Shown: one piece after another, positions 17,865-28,054 of the stretch
Layout: each line of letters opens with the position of its first letter
How positions within the stretch are numbered: position 1 is the stretch's first letter
From: Klebsiella pneumoniae
GTDB taxonomy: Bacteria; Myxococcota_A; UBA9042
Assembly (NCBI GenBank): GCA_945889325.1
Contig: CAMDBH010000002.1
Coordinates: 39,242-103,241 of the forward strand
DNA length: 64,000 nt
Direction of reading: 5' to 3'
Notes under the pieces: model-generated
Database searches by the model: none
Told to the model about the DNA's origin: nothing
The model's input: only the letters and a program-made list of their open reading frames with translations
Translations under genes and position numbers: made by a program

Positions 17865-20800
17865 ATGCCCCTGTGTCGCAGCATTGACGTATTTCCGACC
17901 GGCCCAATCGGCCGCTTAGCTGCGATTATGCTTGTGTTATTGGGCGCGGTGACCAGTGCTTGTACGGTCCAGATCAACAACCAGGCGGGCGCTGGCGCGG
18001 GCGATGTCTGCACCCCTAATCCTTGCCAAACCAAGGGCGTTTGTTCTGGCTACACAGGCACTTGCACCGTCGACGCCAAAGACAAAACCAAATACAGCTG
18101 CGGCACTTGGAAACCGGTCGACCCAAAGAACGCAGTCGCCACACCGCTTGGTTATGAAGCGAGCGAAACCAGTTGCGACGGAAAAGACAACGATTGCGAC
18201 GGATTAACCGATGAGACCTACGATGCATCCAAAGCGACCTGCCCGGCTTTGGGCGTGTGCGGCGGCGCTGCTAAAGCGGTAGCCGTGTGCATCGCTGGAA
18301 CTTTACAGTGTAATTTTTCGGTGGTGCCCGCCTATGAAGCTTCGGAGACTACTTGCGACGGCAAGGACAACGACTGCAACGGCCAAACCGATGAAATGAC
18401 GGAAGCGCCGTTCAAAACCTGCAGCCACGCAGGCGTTTGCGCTGGGGCGGCGGCACCTGTCTGCGCGGCGGCCGCGGATAAGCCCGATGAATTTAAATGG
18501 GAATGCGGTTTTGGCGCATTGCCTGACTATGAGGTCGCCGAAACCACGTGCGACGGCAAGGACAACGATTGCGACGGCATCGCGGACGCCAATTTGGTTG
18601 TGGCTGGCCTGACTTGTGCGGCAGAAGGTGCGTGCAGCGCGGGTGTTGCACAGGTGTGCAAGGGCGGCGTGGCCGTTTGCGATTACAGCCAAGTCGTCGA
18701 GTACCAGATTTTTGAAACGAAATGCGATGGAATCGACAATGATTGCGACGGATCGACCGACAATTTTGCCGGGTCCGGCCAAGCGCTCGTGAGCGCCGAC
18801 AATGCCAGTTGCTTGAGCGCGGGCGTGTGCGGGGTGGGCAAAAGCGCAATCGTCAAGGTGTGCAAGAACAAGGAATTTATTTGCGATTACGCGGCTGTAC
18901 CTTCACACGAAACCACAGAAACCACCTGCGATGGCAAGGACAACGACTGCGACGGTATTGCAGACAACATCAGCGTGAAACCCAACCCTTCGCCGTGCGG
19001 CACCCAGGGTGTTTGCAACGGCGGCAAAGTCAGCTGTGAAAGCGGGTTATGGACGTGTAACTACGGCGCACTTGGCGCGCAAGGCTATGAGGCATTTGAA
19101 CTAACCTGCGACGGCAAAGACAATGACTGCGACGGCAAGGTCGATGAAACGCTGGACCCGGCGGCCAACAAGTGCAAGACAACGGGCGCTTGCGGTTACG
19201 GCACGCTGGTCATGTGCGCCGCGAGCAAAGCCAGTTGCGATTACACACATGTGCTTGGATTCCAAGACGTAACTGAAACGCAATGCGATGGCATCGACAA
19301 CAATTGCGATGGCAAGACTGACGAGCCGGAATCGCTTGAAACCAGCAAAAGCGGTTGCACCAAAGGTGTTTGCGAAGGCAAGGTCAAGGTCAGTTGCAAA
19401 GTCGGCAAGTGGGATTGCGATTTTTCGGCGGTTAGCAAAGACGAGCTCAAGTACGAAGCCAAGGAAGCGACCTGCGACGGATTGGATAATGATTGCAATG
19501 GATTAACCGATGAAGGTTTGACCAATGTGATCTTGGCCAAATGCCCCAATGGCGGCGAGTGCAAGGCTGGCGTCACCGCGGCTTGCGCTGGTGGCAAATA
19601 CGTGTGCAATTTCGATGGGATACCGACACATCAAGCCGTTGAATCGCTGTGCGACGGTTTGGACAACGATTGCGACGGCAAGACGGACGTCGGTGCGTGC
19701 GGCGCGGGGTCGCCTTGTGCCAGCAACGACCAATGTGCCAGCAACAACTGCGTCAGCGTGTACGGCGGCAACGGCAATGCCTGCGCAAATAAAGCCAATC
19801 AATGCGCGTTCTTGACCGAGGACAAAAAGGTAACTGCGGTCGACGATGCCGGCACCACCTGCGCGTCAGGGACCCAAGTTTTGACTTGCGGCAAAAGCAA
19901 ATGGAGTGCCGCCGTGAGTTGTCCGCCCAATTTGCCAGCCTGCGTCGGTGGTGGTTGCGCGCTGTGCTTGGCCAACGCCACGACCTGTGACCCAGCCGAC
20001 AACACCAAAGTCGTGCAATGCGCTGCGGACGGAAAAAGCCAGAATGCGGTCAAAAGTTGCAGCGGCGGCCAGCATTGCGCGGGTGCTGGCGCTTGTGTGC
20101 CAGACGCTTTGTTCGCCGTCAGTGAAACCGCATCGGCCACAGCCGCTGTCGGCGTCAAGCTCGCAAGCGGTGGTTTTGCGGTGGCTTGGCTCAATGAAAG
20201 CGCCAAACCGATTGAAGTGCGCGTGCGGATTTTCCAAAACGACGGCACGCCCAAAGGCCCTAGCATTGCTGTACAAAAGACCTTTCCGGCCGCCGCCGGA
20301 TCGCGGTTGGCCATCGCCAACCTTGGGGCCGGCTTTGCACTGGCCTGGGTGACATCCAGCACGCTGGAACCCGGCGATATTGCGTTGCGCATGTTTGACG
20401 TCAACGGCGCGGGCATCGGCAACGGCGCGATCCTCAACGCGACGACGGCGGACGTGCAGAATCAGCCGGCGATAGGCAGCAACGGCACAAGCGCGGTGGT
20501 CGCATGGGCGTCCGATGGCGTGGACACCAGCGGCCGCGGCATCGTGGCCATGCGCATCGACGCCACCGGCGCCGTTGTGGGCACTGAGATCATCGCAAAC
20601 GTCGACGCTAGCAACTCGATCGATCCGACTGAGGACGACGATCAAGTTCAGCCGGCAGTGGCGGTCAAGCCCGATGGCAGTTTTGGCATCGTCTGGCAAC
20701 ACAGCGGCTCCGGGGCGACCAAGGATCGCATCCGCGGCCGAACGTTCAATGCCGATGGCACGACTGTGGGCATCGTGCAAACGATGAGCGCGATCAACGT

Positions 20801-21251
20801 CAATAACCGCCTGCCGACGTTGGCCTTTGGCAAAAGCGAATTCGTCGTCGCTTGGACGGCGTTTAGTTTGGACGGTGCCGGATCAGGGGTCGGCTTGCGT
20901 CATACCGACGGCGCGCTTAAGCCAAGCCCAGCTGCTGCCGTGGCGGCAAACACAATAACCAATGGCGATCAAGATGATACGTCGATAACCACCTTGCTCG
21001 ACGGCAATTATGTGTTGCTGTGGAAATCGCCGGGAGCGGTCAGCGCCGGCGACGGCACTGAGGTCGACGGCCGCGATATCGCCAACACGACCGGCTATGT
21101 CAGCGGTGAAAACATATTGACCAAGGGCAATTCACTCGGCGATCAGGACCAAGGACGCGTCATTGTTTTTGCCGATGGGCGCATCTTGTACCTCTGGCGT
21201 TTCAAAGCCAACGCGACCACGCCGACTGTGGTTCAAGGCCTGTTCCGGTAG
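17865..21251 (+). CDS. Large Cys-rich lipoprotein with 9 MopE-related (ExxCDGxDNDCDG) repeats and a C-terminal beta-repeat domain
   Basis: RBS AGGAG; lipobox TSAC; nine CDGxDN[D/N]C[D/N]G motifs; C-terminal DQ..P.VA...G.F...W repeats. Confidence 0.85.
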   Translation: MPLCRSIDVFPTGPIGRLAAIMLVLLGAVTSACTVQINNQAGAGAGDVCTPNPCQTKGVCSGYTGTCTVDAKDKTKYSCGTWKPVDPKNAVATPLGYEASETSCDGKDNDCDGLTDETYDASKATCPALGVCGGAAKAVAVCIAGTLQCNFSVVPAYEASETTCDGKDNDCNGQTDEMTEAPFKTCSHAGVCAGAAAPVCAAAADKPDEFKWECGFGALPDYEVAETTCDGKDNDCDGIADANLVVAGLTCAAEGACSAGVAQVCKGGVAVCDYSQVVEYQIFETKCDGIDNDCDGSTDNFAGSGQALVSADNASCLSAGVCGVGKSAIVKVCKNKEFICDYAAVPSHETTETTCDGKDNDCDGIADNISVKPNPSPCGTQGVCNGGKVSCESGLWTCNYGALGAQGYEAFELTCDGKDNDCDGKVDETLDPAANKCKTTGACGYGTLVMCAASKASCDYTHVLGFQDVTETQCDGIDNNCDGKTDEPESLETSKSGCTKGVCEGKVKVSCKVGKWDCDFSAVSKDELKYEAKEATCDGLDNDCNGLTDEGLTNVILAKCPNGGECKAGVTAACAGGKYVCNFDGIPTHQAVESLCDGLDNDCDGKTDVGACGAGSPCASNDQCASNNCVSVYGGNGNACANKANQCAFLTEDKKVTAVDDAGTTCASGTQVLTCGKSKWSAAVSCPPNLPACVGGGCALCLANATTCDPADNTKVVQCAADGKSQNAVKSCSGGQHCAGAGACVPDALFAVSETASATAAVGVKLASGGFAVAWLNESAKPIEVRVRIFQNDGTPKGPSIAVQKTFPAAAGSRLAIANLGAGFALAWVTSSTLEPGDIALRMFDVNGAGIGNGAILNATTADVQNQPAIGSNGTSAVVAWASDGVDTSGRGIVAMRIDATGAVVGTEIIANVDASNSIDPTEDDDQVQPAVAVKPDGSFGIVWQHSGSGATKDRIRGRTFNADGTTVGIVQTMSAINVNNRLPTLAFGKSEFVVAWTAFSLDGAGSGVGLRHTDGALKPSPAAAVAANTITNGDQDDTSITTLLDGNYVLLWKSPGAVSAGDGTEVDGRDIANTTGYVSGENILTKGNSLGDQDQGRVIVFADGRILYLWRFKANATTPTVVQGLFR

Positions 21252-21335
21252 CAGCGACTTTCTTGCTTCCTGCGGATTTTGTGCTGCAATGCCCGCGTCG
21301 TAGACCGTTTCGTCTGCGCCAACAAGGGCAAGAAC

Positions 21336-22859
21336 ATGTCATTCATTCCAGGTCCGGCCGAACGAGTCCCCGAAGCGCGTCCGCAGGTCGATTTCACCCA
21401 AGTGCGCCGTGTCCATTTGATCGGCATCGGTGGCTCAGCGATGGGCAATTTCGCGGGCATGCTGCAAGCAAAGGGCCTAGAAGTACGCGGGTCTGACATC
21501 ATGGTGTTTGATCCGATGCGGGCGCAGTTGCTCAAGTGGCAAATCCCTTTTGCCGAAGGTTGGGACGCGCAACACCTGGATTGGAATCCCGATCTTGTGA
21601 TCGTGGGCAACGTGGCGCGGCGCGACAACGTCGAATGCGAAGCGATGCGCCAAAAAAATCTGCCCTACTGTTCCTTTCCCGAGGGGCTTGGGCAATGGTT
21701 GCTGCAAGGGCGCATTCCGACAGTGATTGCCGGCACGCACGGCAAAACTTCGACGACGTCGCTGACGGCTTGGCTGTTGGAAAGTGCTGGCCTCAAGCCC
21801 GGTTTGCTTGTTGGCGGCGTGCCATTGAATTTGGGCACTTCATTTCGCTTGGGCGAAGGTGCGCCGTTTGTCGTTGAAGGCGACGAATACGACACGGCTT
21901 ATTACGACAAGCGCCCGAAATTTGTGCATTATCGCCCGCATCACGGCGTTTTGACCTCGTGTGAATTCGATCACGCGGACATTTACCCCGATTTTGCCGC
22001 CGTGCAACGGGCTTTTGCGCTATATGCAAGCCTATTTCCGCCCGATGGCCTGCTTGTCGCTTGGGGCGAGGATGACCGTGTAACTGCGGTGCTTGACGCG
22101 TGCAGAGGTCGGGTCGCGCGTTACGGTTTTGTCGGATCGCCGGATATCGACGTGCAAATCGATCTGCACTTTATTGAAGCCCGCGGTGCGACGTTTACGC
22201 TTATCAAAGGCCAAGGACCGTTCATCCACGACCGCGATCCGCTGCCTAGCTTTGCAGCGGGACAGGTCATCGGCCGCTTTGAATCGCCAATGGCTGGGCG
22301 CCACAACGTGCTCAACGCCGCTGCCGCACTGACGATTTGTCTGGATCTGGGCGCGACGGTCGGGCAGTTGCAAACGGCGATTCAGCAGTTCAAAGGCATC
22401 AAGAAGCGTCAGGAGTTGCGGGGAGAAGTCAATGGTATCGCGGTGATCGATGATTACGCGCATCATCCGACTGCCGTGCAGGTTACGATTGACGCCATTC
22501 GCGGACAGTGGCCCGGTCGACGGCTGTGGGCGCTGTTTGAGGCAGAGTCGAACACGTCGCGGCGCAAAGTTTTTGAAACCGTGTATCCGGACGTTTTTGC
22601 CGCGGCGGATCAAGTGGTTCTGTGTCAGCCTCTGCACAAAGAAGGCGACAAGCTCAAGCCGGAAGAAATCATGGACGCGCAGCTGGTTTGCGATGCGATT
22701 TGCGCAAAAGGTGTGTCGGCGCGCTTCATTCCGGCTGTGCCGGATATCGTCGCCTACGTTGCGCAGCAGGCGCGCGCGGGCGATGTCATTTTGGCCATGT
22801 CTGGCCGCGATTTTCAGGGCCTGCATGGCCAGTTGCTCGCCGCGCTGCAAAATCGCTGA
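21336..22859 (+). CDS. mpl: UDP-MurNAc:tripeptide ligase Mpl (MurC/Mpl family)
   Basis: HLIGIGGSAMG, AGTHGKTST, VEGDEYDTAYYDKRPKF, EFDHADIY, DDYAHHPT. Confidence 0.88.
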   Translation: MSFIPGPAERVPEARPQVDFTQVRRVHLIGIGGSAMGNFAGMLQAKGLEVRGSDIMVFDPMRAQLLKWQIPFAEGWDAQHLDWNPDLVIVGNVARRDNVECEAMRQKNLPYCSFPEGLGQWLLQGRIPTVIAGTHGKTSTTSLTAWLLESAGLKPGLLVGGVPLNLGTSFRLGEGAPFVVEGDEYDTAYYDKRPKFVHYRPHHGVLTSCEFDHADIYPDFAAVQRAFALYASLFPPDGLLVAWGEDDRVTAVLDACRGRVARYGFVGSPDIDVQIDLHFIEARGATFTLIKGQGPFIHDRDPLPSFAAGQVIGRFESPMAGRHNVLNAAAALTICLDLGATVGQLQTAIQQFKGIKKRQELRGEVNGIAVIDDYAHHPTAVQVTIDAIRGQWPGRRLWALFEAESNTSRRKVFETVYPDVFAAADQVVLCQPLHKEGDKLKPEEIMDAQLVCDAICAKGVSARFIPAVPDIVAYVAQQARAGDVILAMSGRDFQGLHGQLLAALQNR

Positions 22860-22875
22860 AAACACCAAAAATCCT

Positions 22876-22905
22876 TTGACAACAAATCGCAAAATCGCGT
22901 ACAAT
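22876..22905 (+). promoter_or_regulatory. Sigma70-type promoter of rpsA
   Basis: TTGACA-18 nt-TACAAT, about 105 nt upstream of the ATG. Confidence 0.75.
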
Positions 22906-23012
22906 CTCGGCCCCTAATGGGACCGCGCCGATCTTGCGAACCTGTGAATATCTAAAACGTTTTGTGCCAAATCGGTAACGGACGTGCAAGCGGCGACAGC
23001 AAAAGGATTCAA

Positions 23013-24707
23013 ATGACAGAGAATTTCCAGACCGGTGCTTTTGACGACGATTTTGAAAAACAATTCCTCGAATGGGAAAAACAACAAAACGTCATCGAAG
23101 GCGAGATCGTGCGCGGCACGGTTTTGTCGGTCAACAAAGATTTCGTCATCGTCGACATTTCGTACAAGAGCGAAGGCCAGATTGCCGTTAGTGAATTCAC
23201 CGAACACGATGGCACTGTCAATGTCGCTCCCGGCGACGTGATCGATGTCTACGTTGAAAACCGTGAGAATGACAACGGTTTGGTCGAACTGTCCAAAGAG
23301 AAGGCCGATCGCCTCAAGATTTGGGACGAAATCGCCGAAGCCTGTGAAAATGAAGAACTTGTCGAAGGCATCATCACCGCGCGCGTCAAGGGCGGCTTGA
23401 CTGTCGACATCGGCGTCAAGGCGTTTTTGCCCGGCAGCCAAGTCGATTTGCGCCCCGTGCGCAACTTAGAGAAGTACATCGGCCAGCGTTTCCACTTCAA
23501 AGTCATCAAGTTCAACAAGAAGCGCGGCAACATCGTGCTCTCGCGGCGCGCGCTGCTGGAGAAACAACGCGAGGCCCTCAAAAGCCAGACGTTGGGCAAA
23601 CTGGAAGTCGGTATGGTTGTTGACGGTATCGTCAAGAATATCACCGAGTACGGTGCATTCATCGATCTCGGCGGCATTGACGGCTTGTTGCACATCACGG
23701 ACATGTCGTGGGCCCGCGTCAACCATCCTTCTGAAATGTTTGAGGTTGGCCAGGAAGTCAAAGTTCGCGTGCTCAAGTACGATGCCGATCGCGAGCGCGT
23801 CAGCTTGGGTCTGAAGCAAAACAGTGAAGATCCATGGCTTAACATCGATGCAAAGTTCCAAGTCGGCCAACGCGTCAAGGGCAAAGTCGTCAGTCTGACC
23901 GATTACGGCGCATTTATTGAGATGGATGCAGGCGTGGAAGGCCTGATTCACATTAGTGAAATGTCCTGGACCAAGCGCGTCAAGCACCCCTCCAAGGTGT
24001 TGAGCCTGGGCGACGAGATCGAGGCGCAAATCCTCGAAATCGATCCGCGGGCCAAACGCATTTCGCTCGGCATGAAGCAAATCGAGCAAAATCCGTGGGA
24101 TGTGATGTCCAACACGTATCCGATGAACAGCAAGGTCAAGGGCGTTGTGCGCAACATCACCAATTTCGGTATCTTTATCGGGATTGAAGATGGCATTGAC
24201 GGTCTGTGTCACGTGACGGATTTGTCGTGGTCGCACCGCGTCAAGCATCCGCAGGACATTTACAAGAAAGGCGATGAAGTCGAAGCGATTGTGCTGTCGA
24301 TCGATCCGGAAAAGGAGCGTTTCAGCCTCGGTATCAAGCAGATGATGCCCGATCCGTGGAATGAAATTCACAAGAAATATGCGCGTGGTTCAGTGCATGA
24401 AGGCAAGATCACCAAGCTGTTGGACTTTGGTGCGATCGTCGAACTGGACGAATTCATCGAGGGCTTCTTGCACATTTCTGAAATTGCAGAAGAAAAGATC
24501 GACAACATCCACAATGCCCTCAAAGAAGGCGACACGACCAAGGTCAAGGTGATTTCGATCATCGTCGATGAGCGCAAGCTCGGTCTGTCGATCAAGCGGG
24601 TCGGTCAGGATGACGAAGATTATTCTTACGACAACGCCACGGTCACGGGACCCACGACGATCGGCGATCTGGTGCGTGAGAAGTTTGGCAATATGAACTT
24701 GGGTTAA
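23013..24707 (+). CDS. rpsA: 30S ribosomal protein S1
   Basis: Six S1 repeats: [46 protein letters not shown]. Confidence 0.97.
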   Translation: MTENFQTGAFDDDFEKQFLEWEKQQNVIEGEIVRGTVLSVNKDFVIVDISYKSEGQIAVSEFTEHDGTVNVAPGDVIDVYVENRENDNGLVELSKEKADRLKIWDEIAEACENEELVEGIITARVKGGLTVDIGVKAFLPGSQVDLRPVRNLEKYIGQRFHFKVIKFNKKRGNIVLSRRALLEKQREALKSQTLGKLEVGMVVDGIVKNITEYGAFIDLGGIDGLLHITDMSWARVNHPSEMFEVGQEVKVRVLKYDADRERVSLGLKQNSEDPWLNIDAKFQVGQRVKGKVVSLTDYGAFIEMDAGVEGLIHISEMSWTKRVKHPSKVLSLGDEIEAQILEIDPRAKRISLGMKQIEQNPWDVMSNTYPMNSKVKGVVRNITNFGIFIGIEDGIDGLCHVTDLSWSHRVKHPQDIYKKGDEVEAIVLSIDPEKERFSLGIKQMMPDPWNEIHKKYARGSVHEGKITKLLDFGAIVELDEFIEGFLHISEIAEEKIDNIHNALKEGDTTKVKVISIIVDERKLGLSIKRVGQDDEDYSYDNATVTGPTTIGDLVREKFGNMNLG

Positions 24708-24728
24708 GTTCCCAAGGTTTCTAACGCA

Positions 24729-24770
24729 AACAAGCCCAGTCGATGGAAGTCGGCTGGGCTTGTTCGTTTT
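24729..24770. terminator. Intrinsic (probably bidirectional) terminator between convergent rpsA and deaD
   Basis: aacaagcccagtcga-tggaag-tcggctgggcttgtt followed by cgttttt. Confidence 0.8.
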
Positions 24771-24828
24771 TGGTTGGCTCTCGCGACAGCTGGGGCGTTG
24801 GCGCTTTTGCCTCTGCCAATTCTGTCGA

Positions 24829-26967
24829 CTAAACCTTAGGTTTCTTCGCCTTGCGCGGTGGCGCATCGCCAGCCAGCGGCTTGGTCGCCTTGGGTGCCTT
24901 GAACCGCGATTCCACCGGTTGCGCGGCCGTCTGCGGCGCTGCGCCGGCTGACTGCGGCTGCGGGAAACCGGCTTCACTGTTTTTCCAGCGCGGCGGCGTC
25001 GGGCGATCTTCGGGCTGGGCCATGCCCAAAATGGGCCCAGTTGCCGACACGCGGATCTGCAGAAAACGCCCGCAGATCATGGCGCGTTTCATCCGCTCGA
25101 GCACTTGTGGCACAAACTGGACCGGCAATTGCACCAGACTGAAATTGTCGCTGATTTCAATGGTGCCCATCGCTTGACCAGGCACACCCGCTTCGTTGGC
25201 GATCGCGCCCACGATGTCCTGTGGCCGCACGCCGTTGCGCCGTCCGACGCCGAGCGACAGCCAAACGCGATCGCCGCCCTGCGGGCGTTCTTCGCGCATC
25301 GGCGGCCGTTCATCGCGCGATGGTCGGTGATCGTCGTAGATCTGCGGGCGCTCGTCTCGCATCTGCGGGCGCTCGTCTCGCATCTGCGGGCGTTCGTCGC
25401 GCATTTGCGGGCGTTCGTCGCGCGTTTGCGGGCGGTCGTCGCGCGCGCGCGCTTGTTCCTCGCGCATCGGATGGGCGCGCGAACGTTCCGCGGGTGGCGG
25501 TTGGGCGGGCAGGGATGGTTGCGGCGGCCGATTGGGCGCCAGCTTCGGCGGTCGCGGGTCGGCAGCGCGAGGCGCCGGTTTGAATTCCGGTCGTTGCTGT
25601 TGCGGCGCAAACAGATCCGCTCCCAAATCCGCCTGCAGCGGCCGATCGCCCCAAGCCAAGTTGGCCAATGCAGCGGCCACGTCCTCCATCGGCGTGCCTT
25701 CGCTCAAAAGCTTGTTCAATAGCGCGCGGTAAGGCCCCAGATCGTCGCGCAAAAGCGTTTTGGCGACAGCGGCTGAAAATCTAGTAATCCTGGACTCTTG
25801 CACGTCGCGCAGCGTGGGCAACGGCATTTGCGCGATCTTTTGGCCGGTGAAGCGTTCCAGATCGCGCAGTTTGCGCTGCTCGCGCGGCGTGACGAACAAG
25901 ACCGACTTGCCGCTGCGCCCGGCGCGACCGGTGCGGCCGATGCGATGGACGTAAACTTCGGATTCACCGGGTAAATCTGCGTTGACAACCAAATTGATCT
26001 TTTCCACATCCAAACCGCGCGCCGCGACGTCGGTTGCAACCACGATGCGCAACTGGCCGTTTTTCAAGCGCCTGATCACGCTTTGACGCGCCGACTGGGC
26101 CATGTCGCCGTGCATCGCTTCGCTCGCGAAACCACGGTTCTCAAGCATTTCCGCCAGTTCCGCACAACCCGAGCGAGTGCGCGCGAAAACCAGCACGGCG
26201 TCGATTTCTTCCACGGTGAGCAACCGAACCAAAGCTTCCAGCTTATGCTGCTGTTCTACAATGATAAAGCGCTGATCGACAGTCGCCACGGTCAGGGCGC
26301 GCCGCTCCACTTCAATCGTTTCCGGATCGCGCAAGTAGCGATGGGCAATGCGCGCGATTTCCGGCGGCATGGTTGCAGAAAACAACGCCATACGCCGAAC
26401 TGGCGGCATTTGCGAAAGAATTTGCTCCACATCGTCGACAAAACCCATGCGCAGCATTTCATCGGCTTCATCGAGCACCGCCATGCGCACTTTGTCTAAC
26501 TTGAGCGATCCACGGCTCAAATGGTCCAAAATGCGCCCAGGCGTGCCGACCACCACGCGGACTGTCCCTTCCAAACGCCGCAGTTGCCGCACGATCGGAT
26601 CGCCACCGAAAATCGCCAGCACACCGACTTGGCCCATGTGTCGCGCATATTCTTCAATATGTTCACAGACTTGTATCGCCAATTCCCGCGTCGGCGCCAA
26701 GATCAGCGCCTGTACGCTGCGATCATTCATATCCAGCAGTTGCAGAAGCGGCAGGGCGAAGGCGCCCGTTTTACCGGTACCCGTCTGCGCCTGACCCAGC
26801 ACATCGCGCCCGTTCAAAAGCGGCGGGATAGTGCGCATTTGGATCGGCGTCGGTGTGACATGGCCTAGGTCTTCAAGCGCGCGCAAAAGCGCCGGGGTTA
26901 GGCCCAAATCACTAAATGTTTGAGTAGGTTCAATCAGGTTGTCGTCATTGATCTGCGGGGTCTGCAT
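24829..26967 (-). CDS. deaD: DEAD-box RNA helicase DeaD/CsdA with DbpA RNA-binding domain
   Basis: AQTGTGKT, PTRELA, DEADEM, SAT, HRIGRTGRAG; C-terminal GRRNGVRPQDIVGAIANEAG. Confidence 0.92.
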   Translation of the reverse strand: MQTPQINDDNLIEPTQTFSDLGLTPALLRALEDLGHVTPTPIQMRTIPPLLNGRDVLGQAQTGTGKTGAFALPLLQLLDMNDRSVQALILAPTRELAIQVCEHIEEYARHMGQVGVLAIFGGDPIVRQLRRLEGTVRVVVGTPGRILDHLSRGSLKLDKVRMAVLDEADEMLRMGFVDDVEQILSQMPPVRRMALFSATMPPEIARIAHRYLRDPETIEVERRALTVATVDQRFIIVEQQHKLEALVRLLTVEEIDAVLVFARTRSGCAELAEMLENRGFASEAMHGDMAQSARQSVIRRLKNGQLRIVVATDVAARGLDVEKINLVVNADLPGESEVYVHRIGRTGRAGRSGKSVLFVTPREQRKLRDLERFTGQKIAQMPLPTLRDVQESRITRFSAAVAKTLLRDDLGPYRALLNKLLSEGTPMEDVAAALANLAWGDRPLQADLGADLFAPQQQRPEFKPAPRAADPRPPKLAPNRPPQPSLPAQPPPAERSRAHPMREEQARARDDRPQTRDERPQMRDERPQMRDERPQMRDERPQIYDDHRPSRDERPPMREERPQGGDRVWLSLGVGRRNGVRPQDIVGAIANEAGVPGQAMGTIEISDNFSLVQLPVQFVPQVLERMKRAMICGRFLQIRVSATGPILGMAQPEDRPTPPRWKNSEAGFPQPQSAGAAPQTAAQPVESRFKAPKATKPLAGDAPPRKAKKPKV
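25339..25443 (-). repeat. 5 x 21-bp coding tandem repeat (RDERPQM)
   Basis: atctgcgggcgctcgtctcgc-type units inside deaD. Confidence 0.9.
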
Positions 26968-27124
26968 CAATTTTTCCAAGGGCATTCGCCGCGGGTCAGG
27001 TCGGCGCAAATCAGCTGCGTCGGCGCCGAAGTGCGGCGAGCGGGGCGACAGCTTAGCACACTTCAGGCCTTGCGTCCGGCAACCCCGCAGGAGTCGCATC
27101 TTGCGTGGACGATTCGCACTGCCG

Positions 27125-27838
27125 TCACTCCTCAGAAAGCGGAGCGCAATCCATACCTTGACTAGCGAGACAGCCACAAGCTACGTCGCCCGTGTTGCAC
27201 AAACCAAATGAGGACAGCGTGCCGTTTGCTTTGGGCAGAGTCGCATGAGCTACAAACGGTGTGGCCGCGTCGCCGTCGACAACGCGGGTGAAACTTGTGG
27301 CAGATCCAGTGGTTTGCTTTGGAAATGTCACATGGGCCCAGACCGTGCCGTCGCGGCCGCGAAATTCAAAATGGCCCCCGGCATCGGGTAGCTTCAGCAG
27401 GTGATCCAAGTGAATAACTGTTGTACCTTCATGCACCTGCAACGGTGAAGCTTGGGCGGCCGTCAGCACAATTAGGCTGCCCGCGCGCAAACACTCGCCG
27501 TCGATGATCGTGCCGTGGCGCTGCAGGCCGGCCCACAACTCGCCGCCGACCAAGCTCACAGGCGATGCATCGGCCGGAAGGGTTAGCTCGATCGCTTCGT
27601 CTAGCGCGTTGGATTCGCCATCGCCATCGACGTCGATGCCGCCTGGCCGCACCAAATATTCATTGATAATAAGCTCATACGGATTTGGTGCGCGACAAAG
27701 GCCGACGGCACCGGCGTCGTCCTTTGTCGCGCCGCCGTCGGCCTGTCCTGCAGCTGGCGGCGTTCTTGATCCGCCCAAGCAGGCATTCAACGTGAGCAAT
27801 AACAGCAAGAAATTCAAACGACCGATCGACTTTTTCAT
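27125..27838 (-). CDS. Lipoprotein with lamin-tail-domain-like region
   Basis: MKKSIGRLNFLLLLLTLNAC lipobox; LIINEYLVRP..D.DGDG...DEAIEL. Confidence 0.7.
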   Translation of the reverse strand: MKKSIGRLNFLLLLLTLNACLGGSRTPPAAGQADGGATKDDAGAVGLCRAPNPYELIINEYLVRPGGIDVDGDGESNALDEAIELTLPADASPVSLVGGELWAGLQRHGTIIDGECLRAGSLIVLTAAQASPLQVHEGTTVIHLDHLLKLPDAGGHFEFRGRDGTVWAHVTFPKQTTGSATSFTRVVDGDAATPFVAHATLPKANGTLSSFGLCNTGDVACGCLASQGMDCAPLSEE

Positions 27839-27916
27839 GCAACCCCCGATCCGCAAATTTGCGGCGTGCAGGAGTTGTCGGCAGGTCGGGCAGTTTTGCC
27901 GCACGAAAAAGCGATC

Positions 27917-27940
27917 TTTTTTTCAGCGGCTGAAAAAAAA
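27917..27940. terminator. AT-flanked palindrome, possible terminator
   Basis: tttttttcagc-g-gctgaaaaaaa downstream of the HEAT lipoprotein gene. Confidence 0.4.
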
Positions 27941-28054
27941 ATGCGGCGCCGTTAATTTTCAGTGGGTTAGATGAAGCAGATCCGTGGCAGTTGAGACTCA
28001 CGCTTGATCACAGGTCGATCGCGCATCGGACTCTGGGTCTCGGCGACAACGCCC

